A stretch of 64,000 bases of DNA, taken from positions 166,160,001 to 166,224,000 of the forward strand of contig NC_042997.1 of assembly GCF_006345805.1 (NCBI RefSeq), written 5' to 3'. Positions within the stretch are counted from its first letter, which is position 1. Each line of letters opens with the position of its first letter. Made by a program: the position numbers and the translations under genes. This DNA is from Octopus sinensis (taxonomy: Eukaryota). Under the pieces are notes generated by a model, which did no database searches, was not told the origin of the DNA, and saw only the letters and a list, made by a program, of their open reading frames with translations. This document shows positions 11,074-25,005 of the stretch, in pieces.

Positions 11074-12048
11074 TGTGTTGGACAAAATAATGGAAATACC
11101 GCTTCATATTTAACTACTTTTTTTCTGTGGATTATACGATAATTGAAACTTGATATAGCCATCTGATTTTCTTCCTTTCTTTGCAGATATTTATATTTTG
11201 ATAAGTTAAAATGCGTGACCCATCTAAATTCCAACAAAAAGGTGAAACTGTTTGAGCGCGGGTGGCTGGAGCTTCAGTTACTAAAACTGCTGAATTGTTA
11301 AATGCTTCGAGAGGTTCAATCTCCAAATGTTAGCATTCCAAAACCAAGGTAAATCCAGCTCTAGCAAGCAATTTCTGAACGGAAGGTAAAGTTCACGAAT
11401 ATGAACCACAAAAGCAGTGAAGCGTACCGTGCCAGAAACCATCGGACTTCGGCAACAAAAATGACAGCAAATCTAAACAAACCACCTTACTAACTTTGTG
11501 TCAAGAAAAACAATTCATCTTGAGCTCCATGATGCTGGATATAATGGAAGGGTTGCAATTGCTAAACCTTTCCTGTCCTCCATCAACATTGATAAGTGGC
11601 AAAATTTGGTAGACTCTCAGAAGTGATCAATGGTTCACTGGAATGTCATTTTTTGATGAATTCTCATTCACCCTTTTTTCCCACTCCAGTGTGAGTTTAT
11701 GCCTGAAGACATCCCAATGAACATTTGGCACTTACCTTGAAATGGCTATACATGCCTTACCTTGGGCATCCATACATAGTTTCCTGATGGTAGTGCTATC
11801 TTCCAGGACGACAATGAGCTGGTTCACACAGCTAATGTTATTCAAAATTGGTACGAAGAATACAAAAGTGAAAAGGGAACTTCTTCCCTCCACTATCCTT
11901 GCTGAAAGTTCTAAAGAAGGTTTTACTTGAAGAATGACTCACGATTCTTTCTAACAACCGATGTCCAATGCCAAAAGTGGAGCAAATGTGTATTAAATAA
12001 CAAAACTTCCTTTTAGTAAGGTGTTTCCGTTATTTTGTCCAACCCTTG
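11074..12048 (+). mobile_element. Degenerate Tc1-like transposon
   Basis: TIRs GTTGGACAAAATAATGGAAATACC / GGTGTTTCCGTTATTTTGTCCAAC; remnants ..ARVAGASVTKTAELLNASRG and FQDDNELVHTA; many stops. Confidence 0.8.
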
Positions 12049-12192
12049 TAGTATATATGTAAATGGGTGTGTATACATAAGTGTGTCTATATATATATGA
12101 ATATTAAAATAGTCTCTGTCTGCGGTTTATAATTCTTATCTTGTTCCATCGCATCTGTCTTCATGTGCGTGTGTTTGAGTTAAAAGAAAGAA

Positions 12193-12358
12193 AGATAGAT
12201 AGATAGATACATATATACATACATGCATACATTCATACATACATACATACATACATACATACATACATACATACATACATACATACATACATACATACAT
12301 ACGTGCGTACGTACGAAATGTACATACACACATACATATGTTCACATAAACATACGAG

Positions 12359-12451
<93 letters not shown>

Positions 12452-12793
12452 GTGGAGAGGTGTTTATTAACCGCAGACAAGTTGTCTTGTGTCATTGTTG
12501 CTCGCAGCTCATTTTTACTTCTGTTTAGCTGTGATAATGATCTTCCACTTGAGCAGTTTTTGTTATTGTTGTTTTGTTTTATTTTGTCTTTGTTTTGTTT
12601 TTTAGCTGCTATCAAACTTTAAAATAGCAACAATATTCAACAGTTGGAAATTTTAATTTAATCATGTCTTGAAGGTGACCTACTACTGACCTTCTTGGCA
12701 TAAATAGATGCTATTTTATAATTTTATAGAAATAGAAATCACCCACACTACATTACACTCTACACTGTCACTACACTCGCAAACACACATATA

Positions 12794-12854
<61 letters not shown>

Positions 12855-12868
12855 CATTATTATTATTA

Positions 12869-12917
<49 letters not shown>
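12193..12917. repeat. Compound microsatellites (GATA)n, (CATA)n, (TTA)n
   Basis: Direct inspection. Confidence 0.95.
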
Positions 12918-12918
<1 letters not shown>

Positions 12919-13395
12919 GGCGTGCTGGCAGAATCTTTAGCACGCTGAACTCAATGCTTAACGGTATTCTGCCCGTCGCTGCGTTCTGAAATCAAATTCC
13001 TCCGAGGTCGACTTTGCCATTCATCAGTTGGTGGCGGATGAAATAAGTACCAGTTATATGCTGGATCGATGTAATCGACTTATCCTCCCCCCCCCAAAAA
13101 AAAATCTCAAGCCTTGTGCCTATAGTAGAAAGGATTATTATTATTATTATGATTATTATTATTATTGTTGTTGTTGTTGTTGTTATTGTCAAGGCGGCGA
13201 GCTGACAGAATCGTTAACGCGCCGGACGAAATGCTTAGCGGTATGTTCTGAGTTCAAATTCCGCCGAAGTCAACTTTACCTTTTCTCCTTTTGGTGTCGA
13301 TAAAATAAGTATGAGTAGAACACTAGGGTCTATGTAACCGACTCGTCCCATCCCCCCAAAATTGTTGCCCTTATAGCAGAATTTGAAACCATTGT
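12918..13395 (+). mobile_element. Two tandem SINE family A copies with the alternative ..CCCCAAA..GCCTTGTGCC..(TTA)n tail
   Basis: Heads at 12918 and 13191; each has the GTTCTGA(G/A)(T/A)TCAAATTCC B-box region and ends in a TTA-type tail. Confidence 0.75.
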
Positions 13396-13439
13396 TATTA
13401 TTGTTGTTGTTGTTGTTGTTGTTACTGTTGTTGCTCTTC

Positions 13440-16400
13440 GTCTATCGACACGTGTTGCTCATCGCTCCCAAGGCGAATAAGAATTGTTCGTCCGCTGAAA
13501 AGAACAGCCAAGTCGTAAAAGACAATCGCAGTTTTAACAGCAGCAGCAGCAGCAGCAATAACAACAACAACAATAACAACAACAACAACAACAACAGCAG
13601 CAGCAACAGCAGCGTACGTAAAATTTATGAAAGTAACTTTCCGTTGCTTTCAGCACCACCTTCACCATCATAGAAACAACGAAAGAAATCAATGACAACA
13701 AAAAGCGATAACACCAGCAAGAACACTACCACCTCCACCACCATCATCAGTGGCAACAGCAAACTCACCACTACCACCACTTCCATCAACATCATTAGCG
13801 AAAAAGACAACAAAGAAAACGAACCACGCAAATCCACAAGAAGAGATTTCGCGCAAGCGATGAGACAAGTAAGCGAAGACATTTTTATAAACGAAAATGA
13901 ATTCAAAAGTGTTAAGCGTATGTTGGAGAAATATGGGAGAAATGTAGCACTAAATGTTCCAAGATCTATCCAGTGAGAAACCGATTTGCAGGCAGTTCTA
14001 CGTAAAACAAATGGAGCAAAAAGTAGAAGAGGAGAGCAAGCAACACATAAGCGAATTGAAAATGTCTACGACCAATTTAGTAGAGCAAGACAAGTAGCCA
14101 GGAGGAAAAAGTGTGGAACTGTTGAAGTGAGGTTCGTCTCAGAGGAGGACGCCAAAAATCACTCAACAGCCGCCCTAACGAGTGATGAACTCATCCTCAT
14201 CTCCATTTACCTTGGTCGAGGGGTAATCAAAATAAGGATACTAAATATACCACCAGAAATTAACATCTACTGGTTGGTGGCTGTGGTTCTCATCGACATA
14301 GAAGATAAAACCACAATTCTGCAGATACTGAGAATACAGAAGCAGAACTAGTTAAGACAGGGTATGCAGTTATTAATACAGGCAGACCAGCCAAGGGTCG
14401 AGGCCATCCGTGACTGTTGAGTGCAGAAGGCCGAGATGTCACTTGTGCGGAGACACAGATCACCTCAAAGCTTTCTTCACACAACGAAAGAGAGAAAGGA
14501 TCCCCCGCCCCATTTTTGGCGACATCACTGCCACAATAACAACAGCAACACCGGCAGAAGCAGGTGACAAATATAGGTGCAGAAATAATAATAATAGTAA
14601 TAGTAGCAGCAACAGCAATCACAGCAACACCGACGGTAGTAGCAGCAACAACGACAAGAACAACATTGGAAGCAACATCAGCAAACAGAACAGGGAACTT
14701 ACCAACATCTATGGCTTCCACGTGCCAGACAGCAGTTAAAAGAACTGCATCAAAATCCCCCAAAATAACAAGAACTTTATCAACAGAACAACATCAAAAA
14801 TCTCCGCAAGATATGTCGCTGTCCTGTTCAGAGCAGTCAAACATGTTATATAGTGAGGGGGACGACGAAGAGCCAAAATAGCAAAAAGTTGGCAGGTCAA
14901 ACAAAAGTAAAAGAAATAAAAACACACCGACGTCAACACAAAAATCTGACAGGTATGATCAGAGGGGTGAGATGCCTTCGAGAAGAAATACACAAATGCC
15001 ACCCCAAATAGCAGCCACACTAGTGCCGTCAACAACAGCATCCTCATCACTACCATCACTACTACCATTATCACAGACATCACCATCACGAGCACAACCC
15101 AATTCACACACACAACTCTCAGAGCAATATCAGCAAAATTCAAACGTTATTAACTACACAGTAATAAACACAAACGATAAAGAACTGGTGGAACACATGC
15201 ATAGCCATTCAGACATCATACACCGATTTTATCACCCCAACAACATACCAACACAAATAAAAGTCATCCTAACAGCACAAAACGCGACACTGAAGGAGTA
15301 GGGGCTTTCAGGTCAAATATCACTAAAAGACTGTGTAAAGAACTGTTCGTGGAAATATCCACATACAGCCATAGGAACTGAACATCCATCTCCGCGTCGT
15401 CAAAAAATTGAAGTAACCTTTCCCGCATCTATTTTTTTTATCCTGACATGGCCTTGCTTAGGATAGGTAGCATAAATGCAGGACAGCCAAATTTCTCCAG
15501 ACGTCTGGAGGCTTTCCTAGGAACGTTCCGAACTTTAGTGTTAGTGAGCGATTGGAACACCGTCTTAGAGCCACGTTTGGACTATGTGGGGCTAGTGGAA
15601 GAGGGGGTAGTAAAATTCACGCAAACCTCCTCAGGCATTTCCAATTGACTGACAAGTGTCGACTTGATTTCCTAGATATGCCAATGTGGATATGAACGAA
15701 TCGCATCCGGTCGTCCAGGTCGTATCTAGACAGTATATTGTAGGCTAGTTGATAAAAATAGTATATGTTGCCCACTTTTCACAATCGTCTACACAGACCA
15801 CAAATATGTGATGCGTATGGTCGACCTAGATAGACTTAGAATGCAGGGACTCGGTTACTGGAAGCTGAACGCATCATTCCCGGAGTGCCAAGTTTACAGA
15901 GACTGGATTAGAGAATTAGTTTAGTGGGCGTTGACGGAGCCAATCGTCAACAACAAATGATGGTTTGCCCTGAGAAGGGCAATAAGAAGATAATCAGTTA
16001 GGTTTAGTAAGGCATTAATTGTTGAAAGAAATAAAATAGAAGGGAACTTAAGTAGAAAGTTAGAGGAGGCGCTTAGGAAAGGTATTGCCATCGACGTGCT
16101 GGCCGCGAGATTGGCCCTGGACCAAATTGTCAGAGCCAAGGTGCGTGCTCTAAGACAAGAGAGAAGGAAAGCCGCTCGATGGACTTGAGAGACAGAAGCG
16201 CAGCGTGACTAAAAATCCACAATTCGGTTTTTGAGTGTACAGTACTCCCGCTTGAGCAAATGTGTGCGGCATTTCAGAGCACTTCGCCCAACTGTTTGAG
16301 ATGAATGGCATCCTGGAACGCAGGATGGACTTCAGTGCCTACCTCGACGGCATATCATGACTCTTGGCATGTCGGGTGGAGTGTTGCGAAATGCCGATAA

Positions 16401-16475
16401 CAACCGCGGAAATACGGGATGCAATGACGGGCCGCACGAGGGGCAAATCGCTTGGCTTGACTCTCTACAAATGTT
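13440..16475 (+). mobile_element. Degenerate Tx1/L1-clade LINE (ORF1 plus 5' part of ORF2; internally deleted, 3' lost)
   Basis: Asn/Thr low-complexity ORF1 start, RRM-like VEVRFVSEEDA..LGRGVIKIRILNIPP, knuckle RRPRCHLCGDTDH; ORF2 MALLRIGSINA..FSRRLEAFLGTFR..DWN, and nucleotide similarity to 38200-39200. Confidence 0.85.
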
Positions 16476-16489
16476 CGGTCATCAACTTG

Positions 16490-17688
16490 TTTAGAAAATT
16501 CAGGACTCCAGAGATTGTCGAAGAGTTGATGTTTGACGGCGAGAAATTGTGTTGTTGCTAAGTGAATTTGTTTAGATAATTGTTTCCAGTTTCTTATGCA
16601 TTACAATTTAAGTCTAAGTAATGTGTGGGATTTACCAGCCTTTTCGGCCACTGACGCAATGTTGTACGATGCAATCATCTGCTATCTTACTGCGTAGTTG
16701 CTTTCTGAAATTCCGATATCTACGTTTTCCGCTTTTCGAATGAGGTCTTAAGTTGTAAGGTTTTTCCTTCTGGTCAGCCTGCTTAGAATATAAATGATAC
16801 TGTAAGCATAAATGCTTTATGGTTCCGTTGCTTAAAGTTTGGTTGTACATAAGACACATAGGTTATTGACTGTTCTGAGGAGAAACGATAGAGCCCCATA
16901 AGATAAATAATCAATACTGTATTGACGACAAATTTTCTTCAATGGAGACATTGGAATATTTAAAAATCGTACACACACAGAGAAAATTGTAGGAACAGTA
17001 GATTAAAAAAATTTCGTTCACAGAGTTACATTGCTACAGGAAGAGCGTTGCAATCACTTGGCAGTCAAATCAATCCGACAACTTCAAACGGCTGTCTGTT
17101 TATATGAATATGTGCATTGAGCTGTGAACAGGTCCCTTCTTGGGATTCTCATATTTTATTTGGCACTGTCATCTGCACCTCCTTGTCTACAGTCAGTCGG
17201 TTGAGTTCTTAGAGGTCACCACCTGTGTTAGTTTTATGCCTACTCTTTCCGTGTAGACGGTGTTGATGAGTTTATACTGAGATCGCTTCTCAATTTTACT
17301 GATAAAGTTGTTCTTGATCTCTTATCTAGTTTAAATACTAATTCGTCCGAAGAACTATTTGAATGTTATCATCTCTTCTCAAAACTATAGAAAATACCAA
17401 AATGCTTTTTGTTTGCGGGTGGATATGTTTATACCTTATCTAGGAATGTGACCCGGTTATTTCCAATAACTTCCTGTTTTTTGTTGTTTTTTTAAACATG
17501 TTCTTTGCATATCTCCTTTGAATATTTCTTCAGTTAGCATATGGTGAATTAACTTCTTAATACTCAAACTCCTATATCGCCCACCAAAATTCCCAATCGC
17601 CCATCATTTTCTGATCAGTTGCTCATCGCCCACCCGACAGTTGAAATTGCCCACCGATAGATGAGTTCACCCAGGTTGGGAAACCCTA
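16490..17688 (-). mobile_element. hAT (Charlie-like) relic, 5' part
   Basis: Terminus TAGGGTTTCCCAACCT with several subterminal CGCCCA-like repeats; minus translation CVLCTTKL and SYNIASVAEKAGKSHT resembles the Charlie/Buster transposase N-terminus. Confidence 0.55.
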
Positions 17689-17959
17689 CTCTCCACCCTA
17701 CTGACATAATCCAGAGACAAGCTAGGGCAAGATATCCAGTACCAGTATGGTCTTAGGCTCAAGAATGTGGAAGCACCATTATCTCAAACGCAAACAAAAG
17801 ATCTCCAAAATATTAACTGTCATTCCCTGCATATCAGAGTGACTTTCTTCTGTTAGAGACATGCTTTAACAAAAGCCAAGGGATGCCTCACGCCCAGTGG
17901 TCTTCCAGCATGCCAGACACCAACCCGAAATTTCTTAGGGCCCGTGCTATTGCTTGATA

Positions 17960-18030
17960 GTCGTTGAATCTAGGTTCATCCGTTCTTTTGACAGGTCTTG
18001 TTTCTAGTCATGCTGGGTTTCTAGCAACCC
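17960..18030 (-). repeat. Dispersed repeat fragment (second copy on plus strand at ~48280-48340)
   Basis: The reverse complement GAAACCCAGCATGACTAGAAACAAGACCTGTCAAAAGAACGGATGAACC matches 48279-48330 by eye; family not identified. Confidence 0.6.
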
Positions 18031-18133
18031 TCTTCCCCAGGCAAGCCTAGTGGGGTTGCCGATTTAGTCACCGACGACCAGATCATAGTACAGGTTGTAC
18101 TGGATTCCATGTCACTAGTAGCAGTCTTAAGAA

Positions 18134-18169
<36 letters not shown>

Positions 18170-18170
<1 letters not shown>

Positions 18171-18324
18171 ACAGACTTTCACAGTTTCTGTCTAACAAAT
18201 TCACTTACAAAGCATTGTCGGCCCGGGGCTATAGTAGTCGACACTTACCGAAGGTACCGTACAGTGAAACTAAACCCCGTGCTTTCAAAGTGAGCTTCTT
18301 AACCATACAGCTATGCTTGCGCCT
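18170..18324 (-). mobile_element. SINE family B, 5' part
   Basis: Reverse complement of the ACCTTGGGCAAGTGTCTTCTACTATAGCC CORE-like segment and head. Confidence 0.7.
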
Positions 18325-18331
18325 AAATGTG

Positions 18332-18412
18332 ATGCTCACAGCACCTACGTTTCCCAAGCGATCACCTATCTCTCTACTAACTAGGGTCACCGTAGCTTAA
18401 CTTCGATAATCG
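18332..18412 (-). pseudogene. 5S rRNA-derived fragment (3' two-thirds)
   Basis: The reverse complement CGATTATCGAAGTTAAGCTACGGTGACCCTAGTTAGTAGAGAGATAGGTGATCGCTTGGGAAACGTAGGTGCTGTGAGCAT aligns to the metazoan 5S pattern CGATCACCGAAGTTAAGC..GGTTAGTACTTGGATGGGTGACCGCTTGGGAA..GGTGCTGT. Confidence 0.75.
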
Positions 18413-18754
18413 TCATATGGGTAATCAGTAACGACTCTAGTTCTCATTTCTCAGATATCAATCAAATAAATAATATTTAAAATATTAAACTTTATCATCA
18501 GTTTTTATTATTTCATCAATTTAAAAAGATATTTCCTTCGTCTCTATACTCGTCATCCAAAAAAATTCCAATTTTATTTCTAATGAACAATTTTCTCTGT
18601 GACCTAAAAGCCTTCAGATGTTTATTAGATTCTTGAACGGGGAGTAATTCAAAATATCTCGGTAAAAATCACAGCGTTTCGAAAATCTTTGCCAAAGTTA
18701 ACATTCTGTTATTATTAACATGTGCAGTAGCAGCAATAAAAATTGGTGCAACAT

Positions 18755-18832
<78 letters not shown>

Positions 18833-18980
18833 ACAGCAGCAATACCAACAGCGGTTGTAGTAGTAATTGTTGTTGTTGATAGTGGCGGTCTTGCTGTTGT
18901 TATTGCTATTGCGGTTGCTTCAAGGAAATTCGGACAAAATTGTGAAAGCTTTCTTATCAATAATTCAATGATTATTTACA

Positions 18981-19312
18981 TAGGAGTGGCTGTGTGGTAA
19001 GAAGCTTGATATCCTAACCAGATGGTTCAAGGTTCAGTCCCGCTGCGTGACACCTTGGGCAAGCGTCTTCTACTATAGCCTCGGGCCGACCAAAGCCTTG
19101 TGAGTGGATTTGGTAGACGGAAACTGAAAGAAGCCCGTCTGTATATATGTATATATATATGTATATATATATGTATGTATGTATGTATTTGTTATTTGTG
19201 TCTGTTTGCCCCTCCCCACCCCCCACCATCGCTTGACAACGATGCTGGTGTGTTTACATCTCCGTCACTTAACGGTTCGGCAAAAAGAGACCGATAGAAT
19301 AAGTACTAGAAT
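18981..19312 (+). mobile_element. tRNA-derived SINE family B (CORE-like segment, internal microsatellite)
   Basis: TAGGAGTGGCTGTGTGGTAAG A-box, GGTTCAGTCCC B-box, ACCTTGGGCAAG..CTATAGCC, internal (TA/TG)n, tail AGAGACCGATAGAATAAGTAC. Confidence 0.85.
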
Positions 19313-19977
19313 AAGTATTTTGCCCAGATCGATAATCCCTCATTAATAACTCTGTTATATATATATGTGCGTGCATGTGTGTGTGTATACACACACACAA
19401 ATACACATACACACACACAAAGTTAAAAAGGAATTCGGATCTGATGGTCGTAATAATCTACACTGATAAAAAGAAAGTACCGACTTACAAACAGAATAGG
19501 TATGTTCAGTTTAACATTCCTTATATTATGGTCAGATGTTTCAACTTATATCTCTTCCTAGAAGCCAGAGTTGAAAGGAAATAGTAAATTGATTGTCTGT
19601 ATGTATGTGTGTGTTTGTGGTTGTGTATGTGTATGTGTGTGTATGTAATAATTTAATTTAGTGACTTGTCAGGCTGACGTGGACAATTATCTGCAAAACT
19701 TCCAAGTCGTTATCAAAATTATTAAAAAATTTCCCATTCTGCACTAGTAATGTGTCCATCAGTTAATGTTCACGCTTTTTATAGACACTCACACATACAT
19801 ACATACATACATACATACATACATACATACATACATACATACATACATACACACATACATACATACATACATACATACATACATACACACATACATACAT
19901 ACATACATACATACATACATACATACATACATACATACATACATACATACATACACACATACATACATACATTATTA

Positions 19978-20345
19978 TGGCTGCCCCCTCGTTATCGAGT
20001 ATGGCCATTGCACGAAGCTTAACTGTTACTGGTGCTGTGATCGAATGTGACTTTTTAGCCCAGCTAAAGATCTACAATGTCTTGTACAGAATTGGCAACT
20101 AATACCTTTACCGGTAATAGCCGGCTGTAGTTGTAACTGGGCTTCATATCGTTTAAGTCCTCCCACCGAATTACACTCTCTTCCACATGCCCGACAGATA
20201 TGATTAGTATGGTGTGTTACACCACCACCAGTTGCCAGGTTGTCATTCATCCGTCTCGCTTTATGACTACGAAGATGACTCTTGAGTCCAGCTTTACTGA
20301 GGCAGGGTCTTGCACAGACATTGCATGTCAACATCAAAGGAAGAC
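19978..20345 (-). mobile_element. RTE-clade LINE 3' end with C2H2-like zinc fingers
   Basis: ORF 20337-20026 contains CNVCARPCLSKAGLKSHLRSH, CRACGRECNSVGGLK and CQFCTRHCRSLAGLKSHIRSQH; short 3' UTR runs into (ATGT)n. Confidence 0.7.
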
Positions 20346-21354
20346 CCTATACATACATACATACATACATAAACACGCATACACACACACACGCACATAC
20401 ACACACACAAATACAAACATACGTACATACATGCATACATACGTACATACTTACGTAAGTACGTATATACACAGAAGTCTGTGTTTGTGTAATGTGTTTG
20501 AGTATAATGTCAAATAATTTAGTTCAAAAACATAATTGGAATAAAGCACACGTGTTGGACATACCGATAATCTGTGTCAACTGCCTACATATGAGAAGAA
20601 TTGTTTTAATAGATGCCCCAACACTGACAAATACACGTTAACACATTGGAAAATTGCGCCTAATCTTGCCTAATACTCTTCTTGAGATAACACCCAGCCC
20701 TAAATTCATTCAAACTCTTCCAATAGACACATTGGACACCTATCCCTATGTATACACCACTCAGAATAATTTTGGCACTTGCAAATCATAATTACATAAA
20801 TAAACAAGCCACAGAAAAATTCCTATCTCTGACACTCTCGCCTCATTTCACGAATGCAACACAAACAAAATATTTTATATACATGATTATGTGACATTAT
20901 ACTAAAACAACACATTACATCTAACGAATATGTTTTAATACTTCATATAAACTTACTTGAAGTTTCTAAAAATGTTATTTTCCTTTTCTCAAAGTATTCT
21001 TTACATAGAAATACGTCGTTGATCTAAGAGACATAACTCAGCTGACAGTGAAGCGATTTATGTCCTCTTTCTTATACCAACCTTAGACTCACTATTTTTC
21101 CCTATTTTCATCTTTTCATATTTTTTTCTCTAGAACCCACATTTGCTATGACTGACAAAGCGTTCAGGAGCAAATTAAAATTCTATACGAAGTATTACAA
21201 ACTCTATAGCACGCAGATAGCTCCTTGTCCATGAAACTTAAATACGTAGCACGTGTACGTCTTAAATACAGTATTAAAATCGCTTTTAGCTCTGCCAGCG
21301 ACATTGAGATATCCCTATTCGTCGAGTGTTCACCCTATAGAATATATATATACA

Positions 21355-21725
21355 TAAGAGGTGCATTCGAGAAGTTTTAAGACTTTTTCTAAACGAGAAA
21401 GACTGTCCTAGATTATTACAAATTTAGCATGTCATTGCTATACATCTAATAAGCTGCTCTACAAGCATTTTTCTTTTTTTTTTTCTAGATTGAAGCAGGC
21501 AGCTGTAAAAGCACTTTGAACACTCTACTAAACACTATTTATCCCAGTTGGATAGTTTGCAGAATGTAGTCGGGTGTGAACACAACTTAGAAGCTCGCTA
21601 TGCAATAAAGTTTTGTCTTAAACTGGACAAACAGAAATGCTCTAGACTGCTTATGGATTAACTCGCATGCACCGAGCAGCGGTTTATTGCTGGTACAAGA
21701 GGCTCAAAGATAGTAGAGTGGAGGA
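21355..21725 (+). mobile_element. Mariner 5' fragment
   Basis: EARYAIKFCLKLDK and MHRAAVYCWYKRLKDSR, mariner N-terminal HTH remnants. Confidence 0.65.
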
Positions 21726-21769
21726 CAGAGACAGTGAGAGGCGACAGACGATGGGAGGTACGAGTGGGA

Positions 21770-22520
21770 GAGAGACGTTTAGAAGTTCGGTGTTGTCTTT
21801 TGATCTAATAAGAATGTGTGAATTTTTAGCTATACAGATACTGCACTTTTTTTACCAATTAACATATGGCCTAGATCTTTCTATGATGCCCCACCTATAT
21901 AGTATGTTCTCTATTGCTGTCCTTCAGATTCCAGATATGGCTTGCTAGCATTTTGCTTTACTTTTTGTCAACGTACTTAAAAGATTGGTTGGCATATTTA
22001 TTTTAGAAGACTTACACACAGTTTAATGTTTTTTTTTTCGGTTCTTTTAATTGGCAGAAGGCAGATGACCTCAGCTTCGTAGATAAATAAGCTAATCATG
22101 CACGCATGATTTAGTGGGCAAGTATCTGGGTTCCTGATGTTGCAATTTGGAATGGACATACTGATTGGCTTACATAGAATGATTTTTTATACATTAGAGC
22201 TGTAGCTATAGGAAACTGTTTTAGAACGTCTGTTTAATATTTTCTTATATCTATAGCGCTTGGAGAAATGTTTACCTATCAATACTAGGAATTCTTTTAG
22301 TCAACATTAATTCTAATATTCAATAAGAAAAGGTGGGGAAACATATAACTTTACTAGGTTTACTTTTAGACTTGGTGCTTGGTTGAGATAGGGTGTGATA
22401 TCTTCTCTATGAAGCCACTATTGGCCAGGGCGCTATGACTATTTAAACTATTTCTCGATAAGGCGGCCAACATTCATTAAATAATATTTATCTCTCACTG
22501 AATCGGAGATGTTTTCCTGA
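21770..22520 (-). mobile_element. Second Penelope-like relic (different lineage from 5540-6660)
   Basis: Minus translation ..F.PPF.LNI...LIGKHFS..Y.KILNRRSKTVSYS, then LASHIWNLKDSNREHTI.WGIIERSRPY..KKCSIC, the post-RT linker and GIY-YIG C-terminus of Penelope/Poseidon-type elements; heavily mutated. Confidence 0.65.
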
Positions 22521-22536
22521 TCTTGTTTTCATGATA

Positions 22537-22856
<320 letters not shown>

Positions 22857-22860
<4 letters not shown>

Positions 22861-23465
22861 ATCAAATCAGTGGAAGCATTCAATGTCACCACGACCCAAA
22901 AAGGTGTGTCAAGTGAAGACCAATGTCAAGACGATGCTGATTAGTTTCACCGATGCGAAAGGAATTGTCCACACAGAATTTGTTTCTCCTGATCAAACTG
23001 TTAGCCAGACATTTTAGTTAGCAGCTCTGAAGCGTTTGCGCGATGCAGTGAAATGAAAACTCCCCGACGTGTGGAAAAGTGAAGAGTGGTGGTTTCATCA
23101 CGGCAATGCGCCTACGCATACTGCCTTGAGTGTGAGACAGTTTTTTTTTTAACCAAAAATGGCACGACTCCCTATTCATCCGATTTTGCTACCTGCGACT
23201 TCTTTTTGTTCCCCTGAATGAAAAAAGTCCTCAAAGGAAAACGTTTCGCAGATGTGGAAGAGGTGTGAAAAAAAAGATACGACGGAGGCGTTAAAAAGCA
23301 TCTCTTCGCAAGAGTTCCATGAATACTTCGAACAGTGGAAAAGGCGTCTCGACCGATGCATTGCATCAAGTGGAGAATACTTTGAAGGCAATAAAGTGTA
23401 AACATGCAGAACTAAGTGAATAAAATAATATTGCAAAATTTCGGTTTCTTTTGGATAACCCCTCG
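22857..23465 (+). mobile_element. Mariner 3' half
   Basis: QSNQWKHSMSPRPKK..KTMLISF.DAKGIVHTEFV, HHGNAPTH, DFATCDFFLFP..KKVLKGKRF; terminal GGTTTCTTTTGGATAACCCCTCG. Confidence 0.85.
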
Positions 23466-23482
23466 TGTGTGTGTGTGAGTGA

Positions 23483-23517
<35 letters not shown>

Positions 23518-23909
23518 CGTGTGTGTGTGTGTGCGTGCGTGTGTATGTGTGCGCGCATGTGTGCGTGTGTGTGCGTCTGTGCGTGTGTACATGTGTGTGA
23601 GTGCGTGCGCGTAGGTATGTCTATATGTGAGTACGTTAATCAAAGGGGATAAGGAGGGGTGGCAAAGCTGACCTTTGTATCACCCCACTGGTGATATTGA
23701 CGTGAATGTAGATGAACGCCCGTAGGTAAACTGTATATCAGAAATGCTAAAGAAAAGAGTTTCTACGCTGCCGTTGACATGGCATAAAAAGCAAGCTCCT
23801 TCAAATCACGCTTTGCCATCTTAGGAATGACACGTTGGGTGTCGTAATGGATTGTGGCTCATTGGCAAAAGATGATATAGTCACAGCTGGAAAGCCACTT
23901 CAAGATAAG

Positions 23910-23940
<31 letters not shown>

Positions 23941-23952
23941 TTGTTGTTGTTG

Positions 23953-23999
<47 letters not shown>

Positions 24000-24059
24000 C
24001 TGTTGTTGCTGCTGCTGTTGTTGTTGTTGTCAAGCAACAAGACAGTTAAGGGTGATTCG

Positions 24060-24370
24060 GTGGTGGTCTAGGGATTAGGGGCGGGAGACCCTAGACCTTG
24101 GAAAAAAAAAACTTTGGTTGTCTTGTTGTAGTCGAGGGCTCTTCGTTGACGCCCGACACCACTGGGAGGTGGCCCTCGAAGTCGCTGGAATATTCGTGTA
24201 ATTATAATTCGGAAGGGGTTAAATTATGAGGACTGTTCTAGGGATTACACTCCAACAAAAATAACAACATGAAAGGTTCCAATCTTTCAAGAGATGCAGC
24301 TCTCGGAAGAAATGATTTAGCGAAGTCTTTCATTCCGTATTTACATCGTAAGACATTGTTGGTTCGACGA
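24060..24370 (-). mobile_element. Possible L2/Jockey-like 3' fragment
   Basis: Minus frame RTNNVLRCKYGMKDFAKSFLPRAA resembles the terminal ..FSNSFLPRT.. motif; short and weak. Confidence 0.35.
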
Positions 24371-24428
24371 GAAGAGGAGTGAGTAATGCTTCGTGCGGGC
24401 GTTTGTTGTGGAGGTTGTGGACAACTTG

Positions 24429-24663
24429 AAGGCGGCGTGCTGGCAGAAACGTTAGCACGCCGGGCGAAATGCGTAGCTGTATTTCGTCTGTTGTTACGTT
24501 CTGAGTTCAAATGTCGCCGAGGTCGACTTTGCCTTTCATCCTTTCGGGGTCGATAAATTAAGTACCAGTTAAGCACTGGGATAGATGTAATCGACTTAAT
24601 CCGTTTTTCTATCCTTGTTTGTCCCCTCTGTGTTTAGCCCCTTGTGGGTAGTAAAGAAATAGG
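24429..24663 (+). mobile_element. SINE family A, full monomer
   Basis: AAGGCGGCGTGCTGGCAGAAACGTTAGC head, GTTCTGAGTTCAAAT B-box, GCCTTTCATCCTTTCGGGGTCGATAAATTAAGTACC central block (Meta/MESC-like by recollection), tail GTAGTAAAGAAATAGG. Confidence 0.9.
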
Positions 24664-24729
24664 CTGTGGACAACTTCGCAGTCCAGGCAAATAGATGCCA
24701 CTGCAGTAACTTCAGATGACGTAAACTAA

Positions 24730-25005
24730 TACGACGACGAGTGTTGTTGATCCGATCAAGGGAACAACCTGGTCGTGAAATTAACGCGCAGACGGCTGAA
24801 AACTCCACAAACACATGTAACCTTATTGCAGTTCTCAGAGAGATTCAGCGTGACACAGAATGTAACAAGGTTCAATTACAGGTACTACTCATTTTTGTCA
24901 GCTGAGTGAGATGAAGCGTCTTCCTCGGGGACAAAACGCGCCGTCAGGAATCGAACTCACGACCTTACGATCGTGGACAGAATACTCCTGACCACTAAGC
25001 CATGG
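24730..25005 (-). mobile_element. tRNA-derived SINE family D
   Basis: Minus head ATGGCTTAGTGGTCAGG..GGTCGTGAGTTCGATTCC, then TGTCCCCGAGGAAGACGC and a distinct body. Confidence 0.7.
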
